Assembly: GCF_963921235.1 (NCBI RefSeq)
Contig: NC_086108.1
Coordinates: 26,226,001-26,290,000, forward strand
Reading direction: 5' to 3'
Source: Mobula hypostoma
Lineage: Eukaryota
Length of the DNA stretch: 64,000 nucleotides
The position numbers and the translations under genes were made by a program. Below, in pieces: positions 38,253-50,984 of the stretch. Positions within the stretch are counted from its first letter, which is position 1. Each line of letters opens with the position of its first letter. Under the pieces are notes generated by a model. The model worked only from the letters and a program-made list of their open reading frames with translations, searched no databases and was not told the origin of the DNA.

Positions 38253-39625
38253 CTACATCCGCCACAGTGTAGGTTTGATGGCAAGCAGTGAGAGAACTAA
38301 GAAAAGGCACAACCAACTGGATCTCATCCTCAATCATGATGTCTTTTCCTGACAGTGTTAAGTATCAGCGACCATACAATAGACATTGTGGAACCAGTCA
38401 TGTTTTAGGGCTCTTTGTAGTTAGGTATTGCTATTGCACTAAAGAGGATTGTTTCAGAACGGCTCCAAAAGCACAAAGCAAAACATTCATGAGACACTAT
38501 AGACAGTTGGAAACAATATCTTCCACCACAATCTTTAAGCTTATAGCCTCATGTATCCCTCATTCTAATACTGCAATTAAGTCAAGGAACCAAAGCTGGT
38601 TTGTTGAGAAGTGCTACAAAAACATCTTAGGAGCAGTTCTACACACACTTAACAATGAGGTGCCAACTTGGTGAATGTACCATAGAGATCGGATTGTAGC
38701 TCTGCAGTCAGTCCTATCACAATGGACTATTAAATAGCTTTTTCAAGAAAGGCTTCACCAGAGTCTGTGAACTCAGTAGTCACCATGTCCAGCATACTGG
38801 TGTAAATGATTAGACTGAAGCATTCGTAAGTATTCAGCTGGGTGATCCAAGTGAATAATCAGTTTTGATTCCTTCCTATGGCTCCTACCAGTTGTCCATT
38901 AAATTTGCCCTCAGATAAAGTTGTAAAGCAGCCATTTACATGAGAAACAAGTAAAGGTATGACCCCAACAACATCTCAGCTAATCTACTAATGACTTGCT
39001 CTCCAGAACTACCCAGGTATTTAGGTAATCTGTCCCGATGGCGCAATTCTCCCAATGCTTCATTCTTAAAATCCAACTGGATGGAGTAAATGGAGAACTG
39101 AAAATTGGTTAGGCTAGGTAGACCAAGCAAGGCTGAATGGCCTTCTTTATGCACAGCCATAGTTTTATCTAATACTGATACCTTGAACTGCCTGATTGCA
39201 AGTGAAACAGCAATCCTTTATATTTTTAACTTACACCTGATATGACATTGTACACATAAATAAATACTTTATTCGTTGCAGGGAAGCATCAGTGTTGGCA
39301 AATGAAATGTCTTTGTTTTAACTCAGCCTAAAAGAAATAAATGATTATAGTATGCAGAGTAGAGATTCTCCTTCCTTTGATCAATGTTGTGCGTGAGTCC
39401 ACAACAAAAGAAAATGAAAAAAGATCTTTTCCTGGAAGGTTAAAGTGAAAAATAGCCAGCAAAAGAACTAATAAAGAATTTAAGAGGAATCTGTCTATGT
39501 GAAAAAGGGTGTAAACTTGCCATGTGGCATGGATTTGTAAAGAATAATAAATAATATATGAGTGTAGAAGACTCAAGGAGCAACAAGGGGATTTTAAAAA
39601 AAAAAGACATCCTGAAGAAAAAAAT

Positions 39626-39698
39626 AAACACAAGATCTTCTGCAGATGCCAGAAATCTTGAGCAACATACACTCACTGCTGGAGGAACTCAGCAAGTC
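39626..39698 (-). mobile_element. PLE 3'-terminal fragment
   Basis: AAACACAAGATCTTCTGCAGATGCCAGAAATCTTGAGCAACATACAC...GCTGGAGGAACTCAGCA. Confidence 0.6.
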
Positions 39699-39714
39699 GC
39701 TCCACAGTCCAGAA

Positions 39715-39950
39715 CATAAGTGCCATTAGGAAGAAGGTACAGGAGCTTCAAGACCCACACCACCAGGTTGAGGAACAGCGATTACCCCCAACCATCAGGG
39801 TCTTGAACCGGAGGAGATAACTTCACTCAACTTCACTCCTCCCAGCACTGAACTGTTCCCACAACCTATGGACTCACCTTCAAGGACTCTTTATCTCATA
39901 TTCTCGAGAAGTATTTCTTTATTTTTTATTATTATTATCATTTCTTTTTT
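39715..39950 (+). mobile_element. Rex1 3'-end fragment
   Basis: Encodes PLGRRYRSFKTHTTRLRNSDYPPTIRVLN. Confidence 0.7.
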
Positions 39951-39989
39951 TTCACAAGAAAATAAATCACAGGGCTGTATACGGTGACA

Positions 39990-40628
39990 CATTGTGTGCC
40001 ACCATAACGTAGCAGTTGGAGCGACACGATTACAATTCGGGGCATTGGAGCTAAATTCCAAAATCCTCCCTAAGGATTCCGTGTATAATCTCTCTGTGAA
40101 ATGAAGGCGTTTTCCATGGATGCACATGTTTCCTCCCCAAGGTCCAAAAAACCTCCTGAATGTCGAAAGGATTAGATAGGGTGGATGTGGAGAGGATGTT
40201 TCCTATGATGGGGCTATCCAGAACTACAGGACACAGCCTCAAAATTGAGGGGAAACCTTTTAGAAGAGTGGTAAGGAGGAATTTTTTTAGCTGGAGAGTA
40301 ATGAATCTGTGGAATGCTCTACCACAGACTGAGGTGGAGGTCAAGTCTGTGTGTATATTTAAAGCAGAAATTGATAGTTTCCTGATCGGTCAAGCCGAGA
40401 TATGGCGAGAATGCAGGTGTATGGGGTTGAGTGGGATCCGGGACCAGCCGTGATGGAATGACAGAGCAGACTCGATGGGCTGAATTATTGTCCTATGTAC
40501 CCGGTAGGTTAATCGGTCATTGTAAATTGCTCCATGACTTGGTCAGGGTTGCAGGGTTTACTGGGGCGCCATGACTCAAAGCTCCAGAAGGGCCGACTCC
40601 ACATTGTGCCTCTAAATAAAAATAAATA
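39990..40628 (+). mobile_element. Degenerate V-SINE-like element split by a CR1 insert
   Basis: GTTTCCTCCCCAAGGTCCAAAAAC before and GGTAGGTTAATCGGTCATTGTAAATTG after the insert; A-rich tail. Confidence 0.6.
40154..40497 (+). mobile_element. CR1 3' fragment nested in the SINE
   Basis: ORF 40160-40453 KGLDRVDVERMFP...RNFFSWRVMNLWNALP. Confidence 0.85.
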
Positions 40629-40899
40629 TATGTACTTTGTTAATAAATTTACTTTAAATTTTGAACTTTTAACTTTGAAAAGCCAGCAGCATTTCCTGTT
40701 TGTTTGTGTCATAAATCCACCTTATTTATTTGTGGTAATATTACTTGATGAGTTGTGTGTGAGTTATATGTACTGTGTCATGCACCTTGGTCTGGTGGAA
40801 TGCAGTTTCATTTGGCGGTATACATGGGCACAGCTGAAATGACAATAAACTTGAAGTTGACCTTCACTAGACACTTTGAATCCCATGTGATCTCACCTT

Positions 40900-42820
40900 C
40901 CAGACCAGTCGACTATGTGGGACTTCATTAAAGGCTTTGCTAAAATCCAAGTAAATAATTTCTACCACATTGTCCTCTGCAATCCTCTTGGTGACCTCTT
41001 CTAAAACCTCAATCAGTCATGATTTCCCATGCACATATCCATGCTGGCTATCCCTAATCAGTATTTGTCTTTCTAAATATAGGTAGATCAGAAACCCTTC
41101 AGTAAATTTCCCAGTACTGAGCTTAGGCTCACCCTTCTTAAGGAAAGGTACGACATTAAACACTCACCAGTTTTCCAGTACTTCACCAATCTCTAATGAA
41201 GATATAAAAATCTTTCCTAGGGTCCAAGTAATTTCTTCCCTTTCATACCACGATATCTTGGCCATGCCCCAGCAGTTCATCTACCACTATACTTTTCAAG
41301 ACTAGCAACATTTCCTCTTTCATAAAGTGGATGTGCTTCTGGACATCATTATTGCTTTTCCCCAAATTCCTTAGTTTCCATGATCTACTCCATGACAGAT
41401 GCAGATGAGCAGCATGTATTTGAGGCCTCACCGTCTTCGATGACCCCACACAAAGACAACCATGCTGATCCTTAAAAGCACTTATTCTCTCCCTACTTTA
41501 TCTTATCCACTATGAATGCCTCATGCCTACTTTTCAGTTATTATTTTCTGCTTAAGTGCACAACTATATCCCATATACTCCTCAAAGGGGTTATGATCCC
41601 AGCTGTTTATATCTGACATTTACTTTTTTTTCCACACCACAGCCATGATATTCCTTGTGAGCTATGGTTCCTTAATCCTGCCAGTTTTGCACTTCACTTC
41701 AAAAGGAACATGTTGACCTTGAGCTATCTCCCCTTCAAAAGCTTCCCACCTGTTAGATGTCCCTTTCTCGGATAATACCCTCTCCCAATCTACCTTTGCA
41801 TGTTACTATCTAATGCTGTCAATATTTGCTTTGCCACAGTTTAGGACTTCAACCTACAGACAACTAAGTACTTTGTTAGTAACACGTTTTCTGTAATAAA
41901 TTATAGTAAACAATGAAGAGGCAAGCGAAGGCATGGTTGAGTCAAGGGTTGAAGCGTGTGTGAGTGAAGTGGTTGAGGCAAGGTCATGTTTGAGGAAAGG
42001 CTGCAGTGGGGGAGCAGAGCAAATCCGGACTGGAGGAAAGGCGAGGTTTAATTGATCCAAGTGCTGGGCCAATTTGGAAAAGTTGGGTACAGACCAAAAT
42101 GTGGTGGTGGAGTACAGGCCCAGAGTATGTCAATGTGACAGGACCCAGGTCCCAGAGTGAAGAACAACCTGATTTTGGACGATTTAAATGCCGGGCAAGG
42201 TGGATTAGAAAGGCAGGGTGCAAGGAGCAGAGGTGAGGGTCGGGCCAGTTCAGCTCGCTGCCCTGCGGCATTTCCTCGGCTCTACGCTGCACTGAGGCAC
42301 AGGCTTCCAGCTGAGGCTTCCAGCTACTCTGGCTCCATGACATTTACTTCACTCTCTGATGAACTGAGGCTGAGGCTGTAGCCTTTGGCTGCTCGGGTCT
42401 TCGTGTCTGAGGACTCACTTTCATTCTAAATGCTATTTGCTTACTTTTATTGTTTGCATGATTTGTTTTTTTTTCTCTCTGCATATTGGGTGCGTGTCAG
42501 TTTTTTTCTTATGGGTCATTTTTGGGTTCTTTGTTTTGTGGCTCTCTATAAGGTAACGAATCTCAAGGTTGTATATAGTATACATACTTGCATAAGAAAT
42601 GTAGTTTGAACTTTGAACTTTGGACCAGTCCTTTTTTTTTCTTAACAATTTAAAAACTAATAGAATTATGGTAATTGGTCCCATAGAGATCTCCAAATGA
42701 CATATCAATCACTTTCCCAGCTTCACTTCCTAATAGGATGATGTGCATTACCCTGCCGTCATTTCCCCAATAGGGCCATATATACTGGTTAACAAAACTT
42801 TACTGGATGCACTTAACAGC
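40900..42820 (-). mobile_element. Very degenerate CR1 ORF2 remnants, interrupted at about 41840-42622
   Basis: AAGGCTTTGCTAAAATCCAAGTA and CCATGCTGGCTATCCCTAATCA resemble 27460-27600; 42660-42815 resembles the APE region at 28535-28700. Confidence 0.55.
41900..42622 (+). repeat. Non-coding retroposon with (TTTGAAC)n tail
   Basis: TTTGAACTTTGAACTTTG at 42605-42622; 3' part similar to the reverse complement of 11545-11790 and 22860-23095. Confidence 0.55.
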
Positions 42821-43989
42821 TGGAGGAAGATGGCAGGCAGAATGATTAAGGAAAAGAAGATACAAAGATGTGATGGGTGAGACTCAGTTATATGGTCATC
42901 AGAGGGTGGTGATGTTCTTTGTTGATGTGGTGTATGTCAACAACAGGCCTGTGTGACATGCACAGCAGGTCAGTCTGAGCCAATATTGCACATGGATGAC
43001 TCATAGCTGGATGTCTTATTCTTATACAGATAGAAAGAATAAGTTACCTAAAGGTGGAGAATTCAATATTGAATCCATTGCACCCATATCCTTACCTGAG
43101 GCTTAATACCTTGGGGAACATTTCTTCTAAATGTAGCTCCCATTGTAGAATAAATTCTGAAATGGTGCAGGGAAATACCTGTTGCTCTGGTATCTTTGAG
43201 TATTTTAGGTTGTATTGCCTGTATCAGCAATGCATTCTCTAAGAGACTTACCTGTGAAAAGAAGCTGTTCGTTGTAAGGTATGTGTACCTGCAGTTCCTC
43301 ATTGCTGTACAAACTGAGCTTCCATCCCTGGAAACTCCACCTTTTCCTTTTCCACTCTTTTAACTAGGTTTCTGTCTTGTCATGTGAATAAACTCTTCAT
43401 TGAGAGATTTGTCTATAGTTTGGGAAGTAAACCATAAAAGCATGAAGATACCAATGCTGAAAGGAAAAGTGAATGATTGATTATAGTGCATTATGCTCTT
43501 TTTGTATTCTGACCTATGTGAGATTTTGTATGCGCTTTCCTTGTCATGACTAGAGAGTACGAGAAAGGTTTAATATGCTACAATGAGCAATAATAGCAAT
43601 CATATCATGTTATCCAGTGAATGCATTTAACATCAGATTTCTAGTTATTGGTCAGGTGCCTAATGTAGACCTTGAGTGCTGATTTAATAATTCTGATATC
43701 TACTTTGAACAGGCACTTGAAGTTAGTAAAAGTCACCTATGGATCTATGTACATTTTCAATACAGATCGTGAACACCAGATTTTGGTGCAAAATTCACAT
43801 TTCTAAAACTCAGTGCATGATCCATCTGTTAAGCTTCCGAGTTCCCATCCTCAACACAAGTATTGGAGTAATTTGAAACACAATTGTACAGAATGTGGAA
43901 ACCATGCCAATTTGTCAAGGAGATTGTGCTTCTCTGAATTTCAAACCAATGGATTCAATTCTGGTTGCCTTTTTGCTGATAGAATATCA

Positions 43990-44492
43990 AGGCTTCAGAG
44001 AGTGCAGAAAGCTTAACCAGGATTCTACATGGATAAGTAGAGGCTGGATAAACTTGGTCTGGCTTCTCTGGAATGGTAGAGAATGAGGGGAAATCTGATA
44101 GTTTATAAGATTAAGGGAGATCGAAATGTATAATACTACAGGGCTTGCATTTAAGGCAGGGATTCCCAACCTTTTTTATGCCATGGATCTCCATCATAAA
44201 CCGGGGGGAGGGAGCCCATATTGGGAACTCCTGATTTAAGGCAAAAAGGGAGCAGGTTCCAAGTCAGTCTATGGAGCAGATTTTTTAACAGAGAGTGATG
44301 GGTGTATGGAATGTGTGGCCAGGGATATTAGTTGAGGCAGTTGAGAAGTATTTAAAAGGCTCTGATAGGTACATGAATGTGGAGAGAATGGAGGCAGAAG
44401 GGATTTGTTTAGTCAGGAATTAATTACAATTTAATTAATTATACACACAGTCAAGGGCTGGAGAGTCTGTTCCTATGCTGCATATTCTATGT
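43990..44492 (+). mobile_element. Degenerate CR1 3' fragment hosting a hAT MITE
   Basis: AGAATGAGGGGAAATCTGATAG, TTTTTTAACAGAGAGTGATG, CTGTTCCTATGCTGCATATTCTATG tail. Confidence 0.7.
44157..44233. mobile_element. 77-bp hAT MITE (Charlie-like termini)
   Basis: TIRs CAGGGATTCCCAA / TTGGGAACTCCTG; perfect 8-bp TSD ATTTAAGG at 44149-44156 and 44234-44241. Confidence 0.9.
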
Positions 44493-45620
44493 AATCCAAT
44501 TTATTCAGTGAGGAGAAGTCAACCAGGCACATTGCAAATTGTAAAACTTGAATAGACTGAGGCAAGCCAGAGGAAGACAGACAAGTAAGAAGAATCTGCA
44601 AACTGAATTTTTTCCAGCGTCAGTTCTCTGAATGTTGCATTGAGAAGTTAAAAATGATCAAGCACACACACAACATTTGTCAGTACATCTGCATGACTCT
44701 GCTCAACACTCTTCCCTTCAGGCTCCCTCTGTAACTCTCACGTTCCCAGGTGTGATAACACAAGAGAGCTGGCTTCCTGCACATCATTCATCTGTTCTGC
44801 TTCTCTGTGCCAGAGAGAAAATTGATTGCAGCAACAGAGTTGAGATTCTTTCCAAACTCTTTGACAGATCCTGTCTGCTGCTAGTTAACAACTAAATTCA
44901 TTTTGAGTGAATCTGAGTGCTGGGCGTTTCAGTGGAGCAGGTGGATCTGTGTTTAAGTAATCAAGAGTAATAATTACAGAAATCCAAGTTACTTCAGAAA
45001 AAAACCCTTTTCCAGAATATCATTTATCCATCTCTTTTTTTACAGACAGCAATAACTGAACTTGAAGTTAGTCATGTCTTCAAACCGGGGGACACTGAAT
45101 CGTAGATATCTGATGAAAAGGCTCCATCTATTACTATTTCTAAAAGCAAGTTTTAAGATTTCCCTTTTCCACTCCTTATGCATAAGCTTTTACCTCCTGC
45201 TTGAAAATAAATCAGGGTGGGGGGAAGAGAGGAGTGTAAGTTGGCGTGGTTAGCAACCTATTGAATGTATCTTGTAAAAACTGAGTCTAATCCTCTCTGT
45301 TGCTCAGTCTTTAAAAAATTCCATTGATAATTTGTGGAATTCCTATTTATAAAGTATTAATTCTGTTGGAATATTTATCTCCACAAGGAGGATCCATGAT
45401 CATTAAATCTGTCACATTAAATGAAAGGCCTCAAAAGAATTGCAGAGGTAAACGCGTCAACACAGGAATAATAAAAAGAAAATGGAAATCCTCCATTGGC
45501 CGGGCAACATCCATACAGAGAGAAACTGAGTTAGTGTTTTATTCCAAAGACAAATGGGTCCGCGCACTCTTGTGAGTGGGCTGTGGAACTGGCTCGGTAA
45601 TCACACTTACAGTATAAATA

Positions 45621-45660
45621 AGCAACACACATCAAAGTTGCTGGTGAACTCCTCATGTTT
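45621..45660. mobile_element. 40-nt minimal PLE-derived insertion
   Basis: AGCAACACACATCAAAGTTGCTGGTGAAC plus TCCTCATGTTT; TSD ACAGTATAAATA at 45609-45620 and 45661-45672. Confidence 0.85.
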
Positions 45661-46099
45661 ACAGTATAAATATGCACATACTAGCCAAATAGTGTTTCAT
45701 TGTGATGGTCTTTAACTCTCTTCCTCTCCTCCTTGTGCTGTTGAGACTTGACAAAAAGCAATGTCTACACTCCCTGCTTACCTTCTCCCTTGTTCTGGGA
45801 AAGAAGACTACCACTTTGATAGACTCTGTAAAGGAGCAGTAGTATTAAGTTACTGCTTCCCAGCTGCAGTGTCAGCGTTAACTTTCATGTTAGGATTTTT
45901 TAATTAATGACCTGTTATCCTAGCGTTTATTGGTTTTCCTTTAATTCTTCGCAGTTCTTAATGAAACTTGGGCCATAACCTCACCCTTGTGTCAGCAAAC
46001 CCTGGCCACTAAAACAGACAGAATGGAGAGAGAACAGCTGATCTTGACCATGAATTTCATTGGGCAAGTTGGAGAAAGGCTGGTTTGGCTGATATAGCT

Positions 46100-48640
46100 C
46101 GCACGGCGTGACAACTACTCGCGGAGTAGCAAGCCCCATCAAATTTGTAGTTTGTTGGTCAGATGGAAGAGAAGTTAAAGTCATTGGCTGAAATGGTTCA
46201 TGAGGCACCATTGCTTTCAGAGCAGCAAGTTCAGTCCGAACAGAAAGAATATGTGTCAACACTCACAACGATGATTCAGCAACTCACCACAGACAGCCAG
46301 AATCATGTGGCAGACATTACTGCTCTCATTGCCACAGTTCAGCAGCAGCATCCTTTAGCCAGGATAGTGCCACTCCCAGCATCTCCCCATTACAGTCTCA
46401 GCCACTAATGCACCGAATCCCTCAGCAGTTTCCAGATCAGAGCCGAGTATTCCTCCATCAGGCAAACACTCCAGTGACCCTGTCAGCTGCAAAAACTTTA
46501 TTACACAGTGTGAGTCCACATCCAGCCAGGTTGGTTTGGTGATGATGCGAGTAAACTGGCTTACATGGTGAATCGCTTGGACGGAACCCCCACTCAACCC
46601 TGTTCAACACTCTACAAAAACAAGGTTCCTCTGCAACTCAGTCCTGCCAATAATGCGTGGTTGAATTCAAGAGAACATTTGATCTTTCATTACGGGGTCA
46701 GGAGGCAGCCCACCGACTCCTGGATCCACACCAAAGAAAGGAATAGTGAATGACTATCCAGTAAGATTCTGCATGCTCGCAGTTGAAACAGGATGGGATG
46801 ATAGATTCCTCATCACTGCTTTCCAGTATGGGCTGAGCACAGGGGTTCAGCATGAGATCGCAGTGTATGACAAGCAGGACAGACTGGATGACCTGTTAAA
46901 TCTGGCCATTCAACAGCTGGGCAACCAACTGAGTGGTGCAGAGAAAGAATGCCCCAAGCTTCCAACTCTTTAGGTCACCCTCTCCCTCATCACCAAGTAC
47001 ACAGTCGATGGAGGAGCCTATGCAGGTTGTGCATTTGACCCTATCTCAGGAGGAAAGTGATTGGTGCAGGAGAACCTGCGGCAATCTAATACCCTTCTGG
47101 GCATCACGTCCAAGGTACCCAGTAAAAAAGGATACTCGTCAGCAGGGCCAAGTGGTTAGGGAGTTGGACTAGTGATCTGAAGGTCGCGAGTTCGAGCCTC
47201 AGCCAGGGAGCATGTTGTGTCCTTGAGCAAGGCAGTTAACCACACATTGCTCCTACACGTTTATAGCCTAGCAGCGGTGGTTGGTGCAGTATGGACAAGA
47301 CAAGACAAGAGGAGGGGATTTTCTGATGGGTTGCTTCTCCTTGCCACCATCTTCCCTTAACTGTGCAATGCCTCCAGATTTCTTGTTGTGGGAGCCTCAT
47401 GAATTTCAGGCATCTATAGGCTCTGTGGCAGCCAGGAACCTCATGGATATCTCTCTGGCTCAAAGGTGAGGAGCTTCCACTCAACAGTTGAGACAGAATA
47501 TCGAGAAAAAAACTCAGAATTATTCACCTTTGGGTAACAGCAAGACCCGTCTTTCCACGGAACCCCTCCAACCTTGTGCTGGAAAGCAACTGTGGGGAAC
47601 AACTCTTCTTCTATACTGTCAATTCGCCTGAATTGTCACCTTCATTCGACTTTTCTTGGCTATCTCAATATAAGCCACAGATCGACTGGTCCCTGAAGAC
47701 GCACTAAAGGCGGGCGCAGGCATGTAAACCTACCTGTCTGGGTCCAGCCAGACCCTGTCAGCATATTCCCTCTGGTGCTCTGGCTGAATATCATGATCTT
47801 CTTGAATTCTTTAATAAGAAGAAGGCCTCCTCCCTGCTACTGCGTCAGCCAAACAACTACACCATTGACCTTTTACCCGGTACCAGTCCTCCCAGGGCCT
47901 GCTCTTTTCCCTCTCTCAACCTGAAATGCTGCACATGGAAGAATACATAAAGGAGGCCTTGGCCTTAAGATTTATCCATCTATCCACCTCTCCAGCAAGA
48001 GTGGGCTTCTTTTTTGTGAGCAAGGAGGATGGCAAGCTCTGTCCCTACATTAATCATTGGCACCTCAACAACATCACAGTGAAGAACTGTTAACTTCTTC
48101 CCCTGCTTGTCTCTGTGTTTGAAATTCTCCAAAAAGCAACTGTACTCTCTCAGCTAGATCTACATAAGGAACAAGTGGAAGACAACATTCAACATCTCCA
48201 CTGGCCTCTATGAGTACCTCGTTCTGCCATTTGGTCTGGCTAATGCCCCTGCTGTTGCTCAAGCCTGGTCAACAATGTGCTCTGAGACATGATGAATCAA
48301 TTTGTTTTCGTGTATTTGGATGACAATTTTATCCCAACCCAATCTCACCAGGAACATGCCCAGAATGTCCGGAGGGTTTTCAGATGGCTCCTTGAGAATA
48401 ACTTTTATGACAAGCCAGAGAAATGTGAGTTCCATAAAGATCAGTTGTTAATTTTGGGCCTTATACACAAAAGGGCCCGGGTAAAGTTCAGGCAGTCACA
48501 GAGTGGCCCAAAACATCTACAGTCAAACAAGTGAGGCTGTTCTTGGGGCTTGCAAATGTTTACTGCCACTTCATCAGAAACTTCAGTTCCATTGTGGCTC
48601 TCATGAACACATTCACCAAGAACAGCTCTACACTCGGCCC
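46100..48640 (+). mobile_element. Degenerate sushi-like Ty3/Gypsy internal region (gag, protease, RT), 3'-truncated
   Basis: Gag YPVRFCMLAVETGWDD...AFQYGL...LDDLLNLAI and EEPMQV; decayed protease ASIGSVAARNLMD; RT FVFVYLDD and KPEKCEFH. Confidence 0.88.
47143..47310 (+). mobile_element. tRNA-derived SINE with CORE-like block and (GACAA)n tail, at the Gypsy gag/pol junction
   Basis: A-box-like GGCCAAGTGG, B-box-like AGTTCGAGCC, TGTGTCCTTGAGCAAGGCAGTTAACC, tail GACAAGACAAGACAAGA. Confidence 0.8.
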
Positions 48641-48885
48641 ATGATCACAAGAAACTAGAGAGAGTTGTGGACACAGTTCAGCACATCACATTGGACTGTT
48701 TATACTTCTTACTGCCTTGGAAAAGCAGCCAACATAATCACAGATTCATGATATTGTGCATTCTGTTATTGGTCTTCCCTTTGTACTACCTCGATGTATT
48801 GATATGACAAAATGGTGTGCATCATGGCATGCAAAATAGTCTTTCACTGTAACTTGGAACAAGTAACAGCAATAAACCAATTACA
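48641..48885 (+). mobile_element. Rex1-like 3' fragment
   Basis: Encodes DHKKLERVVDTVQHIT; ends GTAACAGCAATAAACCAATTAC. Confidence 0.6.
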
Positions 48886-49152
48886 GATGATCATGTTGCT
48901 CATCTGTTCTCTGACTCTCTGCTACTCTATACATCTAGTATCCACTGATGTAAAAAGTAAAGTTATGTTTGTTTATTCCCTAAACATTCCCAGACTTTCC
49001 ATCAAAGTGCATAATCCAGGCAATTTCCTGTGTGGAAACAATGAGCAAAATCATGACTGAAGTACATTCCTGCAACTTGATAACCCCTCAGTTACTCTAA
49101 TGGGGAAATCTTCCTTAAGGTTTTGCTGCAGACAGCTGGAACCAACAAGCTG

Positions 49153-50260
49153 TCAGAATCAGAATCAGGTTTAATATCCCCAGCGTATGTCATGAAACTT
49201 GTTAACTTAGTGGCAGCAGTACAATGCAGTACAAAATAATATAGAAGAAATAAATAAATAAGTGAATAAATTACGGTATATATATAAAACAGTTAAATTA
49301 AAAATAGTACGAAAACAAAAATAATAAGAAAAGTGAGGTGGTGTTCATGGGTTCAAAGCCCATTTAGAAATCATATGGCAGAGGAGAAGCTGATCCTGAA
49401 TCACTGAGAGTATGCCTTTAGGCTTCTGTGCCTCCTTCACAATGGTAACAATGAGAAGATGGCAAGTCCTGGGTGATGGGGGTCCTTAATAATGGACACC
49501 ACCTTTCTGAGGCACCGCTCCTTGACGATGTCTTGGATACTAAGGAGCTGACTAACTTTATAACTTTCTGTAGCTTCTTTTGTTCTTGTGCAGTAGCCCC
49601 CACCCCTATACCACATGGTGATGCAGCCTGTCAGAATGCTGTCCTCAGTACATCTATAGAAGGTTTTGAGTGTCTTAAGTGACAAATCATTATAGCTGCA
49701 TTAATATATTAGGACCAGATTTGATCCTGAGCGATCCTGACACCCAGGAACTAGAAATTGCTCACTTTATCTTCTTTTGATCTTTCTATGAGGATTGGTT
49801 TGTGTTCCCTTGTCTTACTTTTTCTGAAGTCCACAAACAGCTCATTGGTCTTGCTGACGTTGAGTGCAAGGTTATTGCTGCAACACCACTCCACTAACGG
49901 GTACATCTTGCTCCTGTACGCCTTCTCAGCTCCACCTGTTTCTGCCAAAAATGGTCGTATCATCAGCAAATGTATAGAGGGCACTTGAGGTACACCTAGC
50001 CACACATAGACATAGAGGGAGTAGAGCAATAGACAAAGGAAACACTCCTGAGGTGCACCAGTGTTGATTGTCAGCGAGGAGTAGATATTATCACCAATCC
50101 GCACAGACTGTGGTCTTCCAGTAAAGAAGTCGAGGATCCAATTGCAGAGGGAGGTACAGAGACCTAGGTTCTGTGACTTATCAATCAAGATTGTGGGAAT
50201 GTTGATGTTAGATGCTGAGATAAATATAGTCAAAGAACAGCATCCAGACATAGGTGTATC
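49153..50260 (-). mobile_element. 5'-truncated Rex1/Babar LINE, same subfamily as 31355-32485
   Basis: ORF 49751-50323 [20 protein letters not shown]...TGAPQ; FYRCTEDSILTGCITMWY; TCAGAATCAGAATCAG tail. Confidence 0.88.
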
Positions 50261-50984
50261 AGTGATGGGGTTTGCAACTGAGGATGCCCCAGTGACATAA
50301 ATGCAAACCATATATCTTCTCATGAATCAAATGACGAAGTACAGTCTGGACCATTTAATGCACCTTTAAAAATTCCCATGTTAAGATATACAAAGTGTAT
50401 CAAATGGATTTTTTGCATTTTCATCTATTTAATAAGTCTAGAAATTTACTTTTGATGACAAAGATTCAGATATCAAAATTAAACCAGAAATGTTAGCCAG
50501 CATAACCAAGATTCATTCATACATCGTCTGCAACTGTGTCAAGAGAAGGCATTCACTCTTCTCTCAAACATTTTATATAAGTCATACTCTGTAACATAGC
50601 GCAGCTGCAGACCATTTTCACCCAAGATTCTCACTGAAGTATTCAAAGTCAGTGATGAGGACAAAGATATACTCTCATTGCTTGGTTGCATATCCTGCCT
50701 GTTGGCAGCTTCATCAAAGGAGCCCAAAAGTCTCAGTATCAGTTACTAAAAGTCAGTGAATTTCTGTGCACGTGCCAACAGAAGATTTCCTTCACTTCTC
50801 TTCAGATACAAAGAGACTGTATGGAAAACACAATGTCATGGCTGAGCTGGTTGGACCGTTCCCAATTACAGAACAGGTGCAAGTTAGTTAAGCAAAGGGA
50901 AGTGTCTCTGCTTCTTGGTTCTGTTTCTGATTGCAGTTCCGGCTTCACACAAAACCACATTCCCCCCACCCCCCACCCCCCCAG

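Noticed and set aside
38380..39010. Ancient LINE remnant (IKSRNQSWFVEKC)
   Set aside because: Suggestive of a CR1/L2-group linker motif but too decayed to bound or classify.
47145..47205. tRNA gene (also 59075-59145)
   Set aside because: A/B-box-like motifs continue into a SINE body and tail, and no complete cloverleaf is evident.
46163..48534. Domesticated PEG10/RTL1-like gene
   Set aside because: Many stops and frameshifts, a decayed protease motif, a SINE insertion and 3' truncation.
50539..50727. Protein-like short ORF ending LRYVTEYDLYKMFERRVNAFS
   Set aside because: No recognisable homology, and the nearest good acceptor is followed by an in-frame TAA. BLASTX would settle it.
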